DNA of 64,000 bases. It comes from Octopus sinensis. Its lineage: Eukaryota. The notes beneath the pieces are model-generated. The model was not told the origin of the DNA, made no database searches, and was given only the letters and a program-made list of their open reading frames with translations. Within the stretch, counting starts at the first letter, position 1; every line of letters starts with the position of its first letter. The stretch covers positions 101,308,001 through 101,372,000 of the forward strand of contig NC_043001.1 of the NCBI RefSeq assembly GCF_006345805.1. Direction: 5' to 3'. The position numbers were made by a program, and so were the translations under genes. This document shows, piece after piece, positions 1-12,215 of the stretch.

Positions 1-111
1 CTTATTTACTTGTTGCCTCCCTATTTCTCTCTCTCTCTCTCCCCCCTTCTCTATTTCACTCTCTACATTTACACACACGTACATGCATATAAATGTGTGT
101 GTATATGTATG

Positions 112-150
<39 letters not shown>

Positions 151-204
151 ATAAGTGCATATGTATGTATGTATGTATACATGTATATATCTATCTATCT
201 ATAG

Positions 205-246
<42 letters not shown>

Positions 247-554
247 CCACTCAGTACCTCTGTGGGTGCTGCTTCTTTTATTGTGGAAGGAGACCCAATG
301 AAGAGCAGCTCAACCTAACTCACTACTCCACCCAAAAAGAGTGCAGAAAATAAGCTCAATCACACTGAAAGGCAGTGCTCCAGCATGGCCTTGGGCTCTG
401 GCTGAAACGGTAAAAGATAAATGTTAAATGATCTATGTATTGGTCTCCCATGATCAATTTCTCCAAACATTTTGTTTTTCTCTTATTTTTTTCCAATATT
501 GTTTTGTTCTCGTCTTTTCTTTTTAAATATATTCTTTCTTTTTATTCTTCTTAT

Positions 555-935
555 CGTTTCAGTCACTTGACTGCAGCCATGCTGGAGCACAACCTTTAGT
601 CAAGCAAATCGACCCCACAACTTGTTCTTTGTAACTCTGCTACTTATTCTATCAGTCTCGGTCTTTGTTTGCTGAACTGCTAATTTACAGGGACGTAAAC
701 ACACCAGCATCTGTTATTAAGTGATAGTGGGGGGGGGGACAAACATGCACACACACACACACACATATATATATATAGGACAGGATTCTTTCAGTTTCTG
801 TCTACCAAATTCACTCACAAGGTTTTGGTTGGCCCGAGGCTATAGTAGAAGACACTTGCCCAAGCTGCCACTCAGTGGGACTGAACCCAGAACCATGTGG
901 TTGGGATGCAAGCTACGTACCATGCAGCCACTCCT
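555..935 (-). mobile_element. tRNA-derived SINE, family A
   Basis: Reverse complement of the head GGAGTGGCTG..TGG...GGTTCAGTCCCACT, an internal (TA/CA)n spacer and the 3' half ...GCTCCAGCATGGC.GCAGTC. The same element recurs more than 10 times in the window. Confidence 0.8.
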
Positions 936-952
936 GCACCTATATATATATA

Positions 953-1795
953 TCAAAGACTAAGGTCTTAGAAAGCAAGAAAATGTACAGGACACGACCT
1001 TCTTCAGGTAAATGGCTCTGCTCGATATATAGGAAGCGTTTAGGTAGGAATTCCATATGGTATCCCCAGCTTTGGACACACAAGAGTTGCAGTGGAATAA
1101 TAGGAAAATGATCAGAAAAAGTAGTGTTCATATGTGGAAAATGCATAGGAGCCACAAAGCTACAAAAACACTTGGCAAGAGGATTTTCTCAAATGCCCCA
1201 GAGACTCATTAGAAGTAGTGAACAATTTTTGCTACCAAATCGGATAGAGAAACTGTACAAAAAATGTAATAGCTAGAATAAGAATAGGATGGAGAAAATT
1301 CTGAAGGCTTTTACTCGTGTTGGCAAGCAAAGGTCTGTCTCTCCAAATGAAAGGAAGATTGTATGATGCATGTATTGCAGAAACAACTTTACCTGGTTGT
1401 TGTGGAATGGGCCCTGAATACAGAGGACTTGCAAAAGCTAGAGAAGAAGGATGCCAATATACACTGCTGGATGTGCAATGTCAGTGTACATGTGTGACAG
1501 AGCGCTAGTGTGTTGAGAGAAAAGTTAGGCATGAGAGGAATTAGATACATTGTGCAAGCAAGAAGCTGACTGTGCTGGTTTGGTCATGTGATGGGGATGG
1601 ATGTAGACAGCTCTATAAAGAAGTACTGATCACTCAAAGCGGATGGAACTCGTGGGAGAGAGAGACCCAGGAAGACATAGAATGGAGTATTGATGGATGA
1701 CCTCAGTAAACTGACCTTTACAGAGGCGGTGACAAAGGGCCAAGATATCTGATGCCTTGCCATAGCCAAGAAGATCCTTCCTCCACAGCAGAACT
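953..1795 (+). mobile_element. Decayed RTE-clade LINE, 3' part of RT ORF
   Basis: Translated pieces KTKVLESKK..GKWLCSI..WTHKSCS, IARIRIGWRKF, LASKGLSLQMKGRLYDAC and WFGHVMGMD match the RTE C-terminal region. Many stops and frameshifts. Confidence 0.75.
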
Positions 1796-2140
1796 GTTAA
1801 CACTGCTCCCCTTTGTGAAGAGGGTTGAATTTGATTTTGAATTTGATTGAACCTGTTTTATAAGTTGTAATTCATTATTTATGATTATTCATCAATGTCG
1901 ATTATGAATCACAGAAACAATTCTAATAGATATGAAATAAGCAAAATACCAATTCCATGCTGTCTGTTATTCTTCCAGACTAGATGTGCTCTTCAGAGTA
2001 TGTAATAGCCCTATACTGGATGCATGTCCCATTACCAAATTTCGCAGCAGAGGGAATTGAACGTGGATGCTTTCAAGAGCCACAAGCAATATGGCAACTT
2101 GTGCAACTAGCACACTCATTTCCACTCACATGCATGAATG

Positions 2141-2990
2141 CATATATCATCATCACCATCATCGTTTAACATCAGTTTTCCATGCTGGCATGGGTTGGAC
2201 GGTTTGACTGAGGTTTGAAGGGCCAGCAGCTGCACCAGGCTCCATTCTGATCTGGCAATGTTTTTACAGCTGGATGCCCTTCCTAATGCCAACCATTCCA
2301 AGAGTGTAGTGGGAGCTTTTTATGTGCCACCAGCACAGGAGCCAGTCAGGGGACACTGGCATCTACCACATTTGGATGGTGCACTGTATGTGCCACCGGC
2401 ACGGGGGCCAGTCAGGTTGTCCTGGCATCAACCACATTCAGATAGTGCTTTTAACATGCCACCAACACAGGAGCCAGTCAGGGGCCACTGGAATTGACCA
2501 TATTTGGATGATGCATTTTATGTGCCACTGGAATGGGAGCCAGTCAGGGGCCACTGGCATTGACCACATTTGGATGATGCATTTTATGTGCCACTGGAAT
2601 GGGAGCCAGTCAGGGGCCACTGGCATTGACCATATTTGGATGATGCATTTTATGTGCCACTGGAATGGGAGCCAGTCAGGGGCCACTGGCATTGACCATA
2701 TTTGGATGATGCATTTTATGTGCCACTGGAATGGGAGCCAGTCAGGGGCCACTGGCATTGACCATATTTGGATGATGCATTTTATGCACCACTGGAATGG
2801 GAGCCAGTCAGGGGCCACTGGCATTGACCACATTTGGATGATGCATTTTATGTGCTACTGGAATGGGAGCCAGTCAGGGGGCACTGGCATTGACCATATT
2901 TGGATGATGCATTTTATGTGCCACTGGAATGGGAGCCAGTCAGGGGCCACTGCCACAGCTGTGATTTTGGTTTTACTTGACTCAACATAT
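2141..2990 (-). mobile_element. (ATG)n-tailed retroposon, family G, with expanded 66-bp internal VNTR
   Basis: (CAT)n tail at 2141-2165, conserved body (CCATGCTGGCATGGGTTGGAC, CAGCTGGATGCCCTTCCTAATGCCAACC) and about 9.5 tandem 66-bp units at 2322-2955. Confidence 0.8.
2322..2955. repeat. 66-bp minisatellite, about 9.5 units
   Basis: Unit TTTTATGTGCCACTGGAATGGGAGCCAGTCAGGGGCCACTGGCATTGACCATATTTGGATGATGCA. It appears as a 22-aa repeat in ORF 2322..3059. Confidence 0.95.
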
Positions 2991-4134
2991 GATTACATAC
3001 ATCTTCATGCTTATACAAATCAAAATACATGCACACACATATGTACATGCATGTATTGACTAAAACTACATTTATGTGACTCTACTCCAGTTTTATCATT
3101 TTCATACGGATCTTTCTTTTTCCCTAATTGTTCTTCATATTGTTTGGAAGAATAATGTCTTCTATCTATTAAGTTTTTATATGCTTCCAGTATTACCTGA
3201 AGAGGTCATTAATGGAATTTGCAGCTGCTTTTATTGCAGGAAATAATTACAGGAGCTGTATTGCATATGAGTGAATTCAACAGGTTAAGGTTATCTGTGA
3301 AAATATTCTTTAATAATCAATAGTTATGGTAAACATGCCAGTGACTCAACCACGCCATTTTCTTCAATATCATTTTGTGATCATTTACATTAAAATATTT
3401 TCTAAAAGACCAACGATAAATTCAAATATTTACATGAAGACTATTACAGAGCATATTGATGTAAGATCAATTCTAAAATCTCTTCTCAGAATAACTTCCT
3501 CAAATAAAGCACCACAAAAAGAAATTTATTGACTAAAACAATACCAGTCACTAATAGACATACAAATAATTTAGGAGAGTAAACTATAGAACAGCACAAA
3601 AAAAAAACTTATTCAGTACAATACATACAATAGACAAATTACTAAAGAAGCAATAAATAACTGATAAAGTGTATTCGATGAACCAAATAACACGTTGCTG
3701 ATACAATAGAGCGAGAGACCCATTAAAAAGACAAAAAAACACAAAAGAAGTCACGTTAAACAAAACACAACATGCACTGCACCCAGTCCTAAGCTGACAT
3801 TAATAATATAAGGCAGTGAATGTGTTTCCGATGACCAAGGCAGTTTAGAAATTCATCTTTAAACAAGGATGTTGTAAACTTTATGACATCCACTGTTGTT
3901 ACATTGGTCACATAATTATGAGACGTAAATCACCTGACAATAAAGCCTGAGACAGAAAACTTTGGTCATATATATGGATTTAACATGACAATAAAAACTT
4001 GGATAAAGATTAATTGATGGAATAATGATCTTCTGTGAAATTCTATACTCTCTCACGAAAGAAAATTTTCAGTCATATTTTCTAATATACTATGGCATTA
4101 AAATAATACAACATAAATTCTAACATACATAGAT

Positions 4135-4285
4135 GCAGGCGTGGCTGTGTGGTAAAAAGATTGCTTCACAACCATATGGTTCCAGGTTCAATCCTGCTGC
4201 ATAGCACTTTGGGAAATTGTCTTATAATGTAACCACAGGCTGACTAAAGCCTTGTGAGTGGAAACTGAAAGAAAACCATCATATA
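4135..4285 (+). mobile_element. SINE family A, 5' half
   Basis: GCAGGCGTGGCTGTGTGGTAA (A box) ... GGTTCAATCC (B box) ... AAAGCCTTGTGAGTGGAAACTGAAAGAA. Confidence 0.75.
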
Positions 4286-4289
4286 AATA

Positions 4290-4680
4290 TATCATCGTTT
4301 AATGTCTATTTTCCATGCTAGCATGGATTGGACAGTTTGACCGGGGTCTGGGAAGCCAGGAGGCTGCACCAGGCTCCAGTCTGATCTGGCAGTGTTTCTA
4401 CAGCTGGATGCCCTTCCTAACGCCAACCACTCCATGAGTATAGTAGGTGCTTTTTGCGTGCCACAGGCACAGGGGCCAGAGGAGGCTGGCAAACGGCCAC
4501 AATCTGGTGCTCTTTATGTGTCACCTGCATGGATGCTAGTCAAGGCGACGCCAGCATCAGCCACATTCGGATGGTGCTTTTTACATGCTACCGGCATGGG
4601 TATCACAACTACAATTTCCATTGATTTTTATTTTGATGTTGATGCACTTGACTCAATAGGTCTCCTCAAGCACAGCAGGC
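4290..4680 (-). mobile_element. Family G retroposon with about 2 VNTR units
   Basis: CATCGTTTAATGTCTATTTTCCATGCTAGCATGG, the family G body and degenerate 66-bp units. Confidence 0.75.
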
Positions 4681-4692
4681 CATATATATATG

Positions 4693-4726
<34 letters not shown>

Positions 4727-4770
4727 CACTAGCATTAAAGACCCGTCGTTGCTGGGTCATAGTACTAGTG
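4727..4770. mobile_element. Helitron-type terminus (hairpin plus CTAG)
   Basis: CACTAG...GACCC GTCGTTGCT GGGTC...CTAGTG embedded in (TA)n. Confidence 0.4.
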
Positions 4771-5489
4771 CATGTATATATGTGTATATATATGTGTACA
4801 TATTACATGTACATCTATATATATACATCTACACATAAAATACAAAATTCAAAGTTATATCTTGATATCGCTAGTGATAACAATAATCAAAATATATAAC
4901 AGACTGGAATTGTTAGCCCGTCTCTTGTAATTTCGATCAATTGTATCTTGTCCTCCCTCTTATATAGAAGTGTGGCTACAATCCAGCCTACCTCTACTTC
5001 TGGCGGGGGGGCATTTAAAATTTTTTTCCGGGACGTCCTACGTCCCAGATATAAAGGTAAAAGTAAAATATTTCCACTTTGCAAGTTCGAGTCGAGTACT
5101 CCCTTGCACGCTCCGTTGACTCGAACCTTGCTTCTATTGTGGCGAATTTACTGCCTCTGATTAAATACCTTTCATAGTCGCACCAAGACACTTTTCGAAG
5201 GTGCTTTCCTCCATGTGTTCAAATCTTCTTTTTTCTCTACATTGTATACTTTATAGACAATAGTTTTTTCTTTAATTTAATTTTTTATTATCCATCTGGA
5301 CTATTCCATTTCTACACGCTAATCTTATTTTTAATTTATTCCCATTCATGTGAAACCACTTGTTCAAGTCATTGATGCAATTTTATACCAATTGCTATTT
5401 TTACTTTTTTTTATGTTACGATTATATTATACTTTAGTTTGCTTTTAATTATTACTTACTACATATAATTCAATTGTTATTATTATTTT

Positions 5490-5756
5490 TATTGTTAAAG
5501 TGAACGTATCTGACATAAAATAGAGAAATGTTTTTGTTTCACTTTTAACACGTAATACTGAAATAGTGGAGAAGATATGATATTGCTATGGGCTCGCTCT
5601 AGGGAAGAAGTTGAACATTTTTTTGCCCATGAAACTACATGGACCCTAAGTAAAGCATGTGTAAAATTTGAATGAAATTGGTTGTGTAGTTCTCAAGTTT
5701 TAGGGAAACACACAGACAGACAGACACACGTTCTCAGTTTTATATACATAAAGATG
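5490..5756 (+). mobile_element. Helentron-associated (HINE/DINE-1-like) non-autonomous element, 3' end
   Basis: AAAATTTGAATGAAATTGGTTGTGTAGTTCTCAAG...(ACAG)n...TTTTATATACATAAAGAT resembles DINE-1/HINE 3' ends from my recollection of the family. Confidence 0.45.
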
Positions 5757-5759
5757 ATG

Positions 5760-5922
5760 AGGCGCAGGAATGGCTGTGTGGTAAGTAGCTTGCTTACCAG
5801 CCACATGGTTCTGTGTTCAGTCCCACTGCATAGCACCATGGGCAAGCATCTTCTACTATAGCCTCAGGCTGATCAAAGCCTTGTGAGTGGATTTCGTAGA
5901 CAGAAACTGAAAGAAACCCATC

Positions 5923-5963
<41 letters not shown>

Positions 5964-6419
5964 TAATAAATAAAACATATGCATATATATATACATATAT
6001 GTACGTACCTACCTCTACATGTATATATACACGCATATATGAGTACAGGACACCAAAAAAACGTCGAACACAATGGGAAACGAAAACATAGACACATACC
6101 CAAGGAACTGGACATTTTTCTTAAACAACAAAAAAATAGAGTACAGGACAAATAACACAAGGAAAAAACCCCTTCTTCAGTCGCCATGGTTTCATCTACT
6201 CTACATTTCGAAGGTGAAGGTGAGACGTATCTTCGAAAGAAACTTTCCTTCCTGCGAAAAGCAAATCAAATAAAATTTGAGATCTTTTTGCAGAGGGGTA
6301 AAAATGGTAACAAAACCAGGACAGTAACGACAGTACAAAATATAAGCAGTAAAAGACAGGACAAGGAAAATAACAAGACAAGAAGGGCTGTTAGCCGAAC
6401 GAAAAAAAGTGTTATGAAC

Positions 6420-6457
<38 letters not shown>

Positions 6458-6464
6458 CTATATA

Positions 6465-6507
<43 letters not shown>

Positions 6508-6593
6508 GCCTTCGGGCTCCCCAGACCCCAGTTGAACCGTCCAACCCATGCTAGCATGGAAAGCGGACATTAACGATGATGATGATGATGATG

Positions 6594-6625
<32 letters not shown>

Positions 6626-6845
6626 ATGTATATGTATATGTTTGTGTGTTTGTGTTTGTCCCCCCCCCAACGTCACTTGACAACTGATGCTGGTGTGTTT
6701 ATGTCCTCGTAACTTAGCGGTTCAGCAAAAGAGACCGATAGAATAAGTACTAGGCTTACAATGAATAAGCCCTGGGGTTAATTTGCTCGACTAAAAGGCA
6801 GTGCTCCAGCATGGCAGCAGTCAAATGACTGAAACAAATAAAAAA
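5760..6845 (+). mobile_element. SINE family A split by nested insertions
   Basis: Head at 5760-5925 and 3' half at 6650-6845. The internal (TA)n hosts a family E element and a family G tail. Confidence 0.8.
5965..6420 (-). mobile_element. PLE-derived non-autonomous element, family E, copy 1
   Basis: Colinear with 46330-46800. Carries CTGAAGA and GATACGTC motifs on the minus strand and the hairpin CTGCGAAAAG/CTTTTTGCAG at 6252-6293. Confidence 0.6.
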
Positions 6846-7073
6846 ATAAAAGAATATATATATGTATGTATGCAGTTTCAGACTTAGGCCCTGTGCTAGT
6901 TAAGTTATGAAGCCCCTTACTTGGACAGGGCTCTTTCATCAGGGACACTATAATGGGCCCTTGGTCAATGGGTCCCTGTGCTTAAGTACACCTTAGTACA
7001 ATGGTAAATTCGGTACAGTATATATATATATATTGGGTCATCCCATAAATAATGTAGTTTTTTTATATGTCTT

Positions 7074-7074
<1 letters not shown>

Positions 7075-7106
<32 letters not shown>

Positions 7107-7295
7107 GTTTAACATCCGCTTTTCCATGCTAGCATGGGTTGGACAATTTGACTGAGGACTGGTGAACCAAATGGCTGCACCAGGCTCCAATCTGATGTGG
7201 CAGAGTTTCTACAGCTGGATGCTCTTCTTGACGCCAACCACTCCCTGAGTGTCGTGGGTGCATTTTACATGCCACTTGCACAAGAGCCAGTCAGG
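7075..7295 (-). mobile_element. Family G retroposon
   Basis: (CAT)n tail plus the conserved family G body. Confidence 0.8.
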
Positions 7296-7679
7296 TGATT
7301 TTTCAAAATTAAGATAAATTTCTTTTGTAATCTGAAATATACTCACCTTCAGGTATACTCCCCCCACACGCATGCACATGTACACACACCACACACATGT
7401 ACACATACACACACACACACACATAGACAAACATATACAAATGCGTAAAATTAAAAGAATCCGGGCAGATATATTTTTCAACATTATGTGTTCGTGCATG
7501 TGTGTGTATGTGAGTGTGTATGTATGTGTGTGTGCATGTGTATGTGTGTGTTTGTGACTGTGCATGTGTGTGTGTATGTGCATGTGTGTGTATGTGAGTA
7601 TGTGTGTATGTATGCTTGTGTGTGTGTGTGCATGTGTATGATCTTAGATCATTTTCTTGTGTTTCATCTTTTACTTGGA

Positions 7680-7995
7680 CTGTGGCAAGTGTCTCCTACT
7701 ATCGCCTCAGTCTGATCAAAACCTTTTTAGGGAATTTAGGACACAGAAACTGAAAGAAGCCTATCGTGCGTGTGCGTGTGTGTGTTTGCACCCCCCACCC
7801 ACCACTTGACAACTAGTGTTACTGTTTTCATGTACCCGTAACTTTGTGGCTCAGCAAAAGAGATTGATGGAGTAAGTATCGGGCTTTACCAGGCTTTACA
7901 AAAAATAATGAGTACTGGGATCAATTCATTCAGCTAAAAATTCTTAAAGGTGATACTCCAGCATGACCACAGCATGAGGACAGAAACAAGTGGAA
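7680..7995 (+). mobile_element. SINE family A, 5'-truncated
   Basis: GGCAAGTGTCTCCTACTAT...GAAACTGAAAGAAGCC, (TG)n spacer, then ...CTCCAGCATGACCACAGC. Confidence 0.7.
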
Positions 7996-8059
7996 GATAA
8001 AAGATAAAAGATGGATGAGGTGGATAGAAATAGAGTCAGACCGACAGCTAGATAGATGA

Positions 8060-8395
8060 ATCATCATCATCATCATTGTTGTCATTTAGCGTCTGCTTTC
8101 CATGCTGGCATGGGTTGGACGGTTTGACTGAGGACTGGTGAGCCAGAAGGGTGCACCAGGCTCCAATCTGATCTGGCAAAGTTTCTACAGCTTGATGCCC
8201 TTCCTGAGGCCAACCACTCCAAGAATGTAGTGGGTGTTTTTTACTTGCCATCAGCATGAGTACTGGCATCAACCACGCCTGAATGGTACTTTTTATGCCA
8301 GTCAGGTGGCACTGGCAATGACCACGCTCGAATGGTGCTCTTTACATGCCACTGGTACAGGAGCTAGTCAGGTGGTACTGGCAACAACCATGCAA
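8060..8395 (-). mobile_element. Family G retroposon
   Basis: (CAT)n tail, family G body and about 2 VNTR units. Confidence 0.75.
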
Positions 8396-8501
8396 CATAT
8401 ATCTATATACATATGTAGTTCAAATTTACAGAAAAAAAAGACAAAAACAGGTATAGGAATAACAAGCGGGTGTATTAGTTTAATGGGAAAAATAGAAAAG
8501 T

Positions 8502-8537
8502 CTTTTATATTTTGAGCCTATGCTCTTCATCAGAAAG
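8502..8537 (-). ncRNA. Minimal type I hammerhead ribozyme (PLE-type) with G12A lesion
   Basis: Minus strand reads CTTT-CTGATGA-A-GAGC(ATAG)GCTC-AAAA-TAT-A-AAAG: stem I CTTT/AAAG, stem II GAGC/GCTC, palindromic stem III ATAT. Confidence 0.6.
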
Positions 8538-8601
8538 GTTTAAGAGGAAAAGGGGAGAGAGTAAAACTGTGCAGAGTTCAAGAGTCCAAGATAGCTAGAT
8601 G

Positions 8602-8652
<51 letters not shown>

Positions 8653-9581
8653 ATATTAATTCTCTGAGCGAGAAGTAAGACTAGAGATGGGAACAATGAT
8701 TTCTCCTTGCAAATACTAATCGGACACAGACAATGTGTCATTAGCCAGCTGGAGGAGATGTCTTCCTGAGGCTAAAAACTACAGTAGCATCGTCCTCTAT
8801 GGGACTGCCAAATTTAGTTGGCAATTATATATATATATATATATAAGAGGAATGAGCACTAGGTGGATTTCTAATATACTAAAGGTAGACCCCATATGGT
8901 CTAACTACAGACAGATAGATAGATTGACAGAAAGACAGACAGAATCCTGGAGTGAAGGAGACCAGAAGTTTAACTAATACAACATGTAACATATCACTTT
9001 CCTTCTTACTAAATCACTGAAGAAAGGAAGTCTTGGTGTGTCTGTACAATGCAGTGCAATATGTGGACATTTAATAATACAATCATTAGTATTGTGAAAG
9101 AGTTAAATCTTCAGGCAACATACATGTGCCAATAGCAGCAGCGACGGTGGTGGTGGTGGTAGTGGTGGAGTAAAGTCAGTAATTAGTAATTAAGGAAGCT
9201 GTGAGTATAAATAGAAGACAGCTATTGTCAATGGCCAGACACTAACTTATTGATGCTTCCTTTCATTACGTGTATGTGTTTGTTCAATGATTCAGTGGAC
9301 CCGCCCGGACAACACACTCACACAAAGATAATAGAAGATAGGCGTGTGTCTGAATGTGTCTGAGTGTGTGTGTGTATATAAATATATATAATATAGGCTT
9401 GTATGTATACATATATATGTTGTGTGGGTGTGTGTATGCATGTATATATTAAAATACATACATACATTCATATATATATGTTATAAAGATTCAGATAAAC
9501 AGAGAAGTATGGGGAATAATAGGTAAAAAGGTAGAAAACAATCAGCAAAATATATATATATATATACATACATATATATAC

Positions 9582-9663
<82 letters not shown>

Positions 9664-10338
9664 TATATGTGTGTATATGCAGACAGAAAAACATTGAGAG
9701 AGATACACAAACACATACATGCACATACTCCTATACATACATGTAAGCTAACCCACACAGATGCACATAGATATTATACATAAATTCATACATAAATATA
9801 TGCGTTTGTGTTTGTGCATGTCAAAGCAAACACCTTCGACGGTCTCATTTGATTATATTGATCCCAGCGCTTTGTTTTTTAAGTCAATTTTGAAAAGATG
9901 AAAGGCAAAGTTGACCTGGGTGTAAATGGATGCAACCTAGATTTAACCCGACAATGCAAGATATATTTCTTTGACACACCAAATTTGCCACCCACAGTTC
10001 ACACACACACACACACGTCTGATATATTTGTCTGACTGACTCCTCCTCAGTTTCTATCAACCAGCTTTGGCTCTCAAGGTTTTGAATCAACTCAAAGCTA
10101 AACTAGAAGACAATTTACTGCTTGACCCAAGGAAGCAAGCAGTAAATTTATCTCAGAACACAGTTTCTAAATTTATTCATTCAATCTAACCAGGTATTTA
10201 CAACGCATTGCCATGGATACTAGTTACTAATGAAAAACTGTTACAGAACAACATTTTCTATTTAAGCGCCATTTGAAAATTATATTGTTCAGCCTGATCA
10301 GACGCTTACAATTCTTCACAAAGGACACCGGACATTGT

Positions 10339-10536
10339 TTAACCCTTTAGTATTTAAACTGACCATATCCAACCCAAATAGGACAACCTGTTTTGTGTTC
10401 AAACAAACCTGATCCTGCCTCTCACACTTACCCTACAATGTCACTCTAAAAGAACTACTCAGGTCATTGAAATCTCAAAATAATGTTAATAAATAAACAT
10501 CTCACCTGACAGAGTAATTTGAATGCTCAGGGTTAA
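10339..10536. mobile_element. piggyBac-type MITE
   Basis: TTAA-CCCTTTAGTATT ... AATGCTCAGGG-TTAA, i.e. terminal inverted repeats with TTAA on both sides. Confidence 0.7.
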
Positions 10537-10679
10537 TAACTGCTATTTGAATAAAACACTTCTGTTAGTATCCATTTGGCGATAGCCATCATCAGCATGA
10601 AAATTGAAGTTATGGAACATCAGTGGTTTTTGAATACTTTATATAAATCAACATTCGTCTATTAACATATTAGATAAAC

Positions 10680-11870
10680 AACCTTCCCCTTCACACAACC
10701 TTACTAAATCCCAATTCTTGATGCTGCAATGGAAACCTCATCTAACTTCCTTCAGTCAAAGGGAAAGAATTCTGCATTTTAGACAACCCCACCGACAACA
10801 AACTTGCTGTTGAACACCTCACTGACACCACTCTATATGAAACGGTTTACAACATCAGACCTCACCAACTGGAATCCACCATCAACACCTGCTGGACCAA
10901 CATCTGTCACCTAAGGAGTCTCTCTAAGAAGACTAGGCTGAACTACACATCTAAAAACATCACCCTTCCATCCTTCTACCATTTAATAGAATCCCACAAA
11001 CCTGGACCTAAGCTTAAAATCAGAGCCATACTATCAGGAATTAACGGTCCTTTCTATAAGATTTTTGGCTCCTCTCTAAACTCCTCAGGCCCTTACAACA
11101 CGCATACACCGGACACATCAGCAGCTCCCACAAAATCTTCACAAGACTCAAAGATATCGCCCCCTCCGTACTTATAACTAACAAATAACTCTGTACCTGC
11201 TCTCTCGATCATTGATATCCTTGTAGACCACATCACGGCCTTATCTTGCCCCCACTTCTCCTCACTCGCCCCACCACCTCGCTCTTCATCTCTCCCTCTC
11301 TCCCCTAGTGGTAATAATTGTTGGTCGAGTTAGCAGTAGAATTTAATCTGTTATGTTTTCTGTTGGCCGATGTGAGGAATATTGCCACCAATGTTGCCAG
11401 AAGGAGTGGAATAGTAGTAGTAGTAGTAGTAGTTGTTGTTGTTGTTGCTGTTGTTGATGTAGTTCAATGGAAATCCGGGACCGCATGGTGTTGGTTCTTA
11501 ATCCATTGGAATTTTCTTATAAGGCATTCCATCTCGTGAGATAGTTTATTGTGACAGCATTGGTTTATCATGTCGTGTACGTGTGGTAAAGAGGTGCCAG
11601 GATTATCAGTTTGTCGTGCTTAGCTTCGTTTTTAGATTAGTGACATTAAGAATGTGTTGAGGGAGCCTTCCGTGGAGGTGCTTGAATAATTTTCTTAGTA
11701 ATGTATTTATGCCATTCATGTATCTTCTTCTCCGGGTACATTGATGACATCCTTATCATCACGTCCTCCAGGGATGAGGCCATTAACATACACCGGACCT
11801 TCAAAAATACCGATATAAGCATCAAATTCGAGACTGAACATCCAGTCGAATCTGGGACCTTCTCTCAGAG
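10680..11870 (+). mobile_element. Decayed Penelope-like reverse transcriptase, interrupted
   Basis: LPSFYHLIESHKPGPKLKIRAILSGINGP from 10965 resembles the PLE motif PxFYxLPKxHK..RPIxS. GYIDDILII at 11734-11760 is followed by ISIKFETE. Confidence 0.7.
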
Positions 11871-12159
11871 AAGCAGCATTAATGGCTTTCCCAGGCCAGT
11901 GAAATTTTTGCAGATGTTTGATCATAGAAGCCATTTGCAATTGAAGTCCATGTCAACTTGGCTAACAAAACTCTATAACCACCGGCCTTCCACACATGGC
12001 CTTCCATCTTTCCTGGGCACTTAGGAACTGTCTATTCTTTTCTAAGACAATAGTGTCTGATTTGGGGGGATATTTGGTTGCTATTTCTGGCAAAGAGTAT
12101 GACCAGTTACTGCCTCCCTCTGGGTGTACTTACTACATGATTGGTAGTGGCAATTGATG

Positions 12160-12183
12160 TTTGATGTGGAGTGGTTGTAGCAA

Positions 12184-12215
<32 letters not shown>

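Noticed and set aside
2322-2955. CRISPR-like array or repeat-protein gene (245-aa ORF)
   Set aside because: The units are contiguous with no unique spacers, there are no cas genes, and the context is eukaryotic. The ORF follows from a 66-bp unit inside a retroposon.
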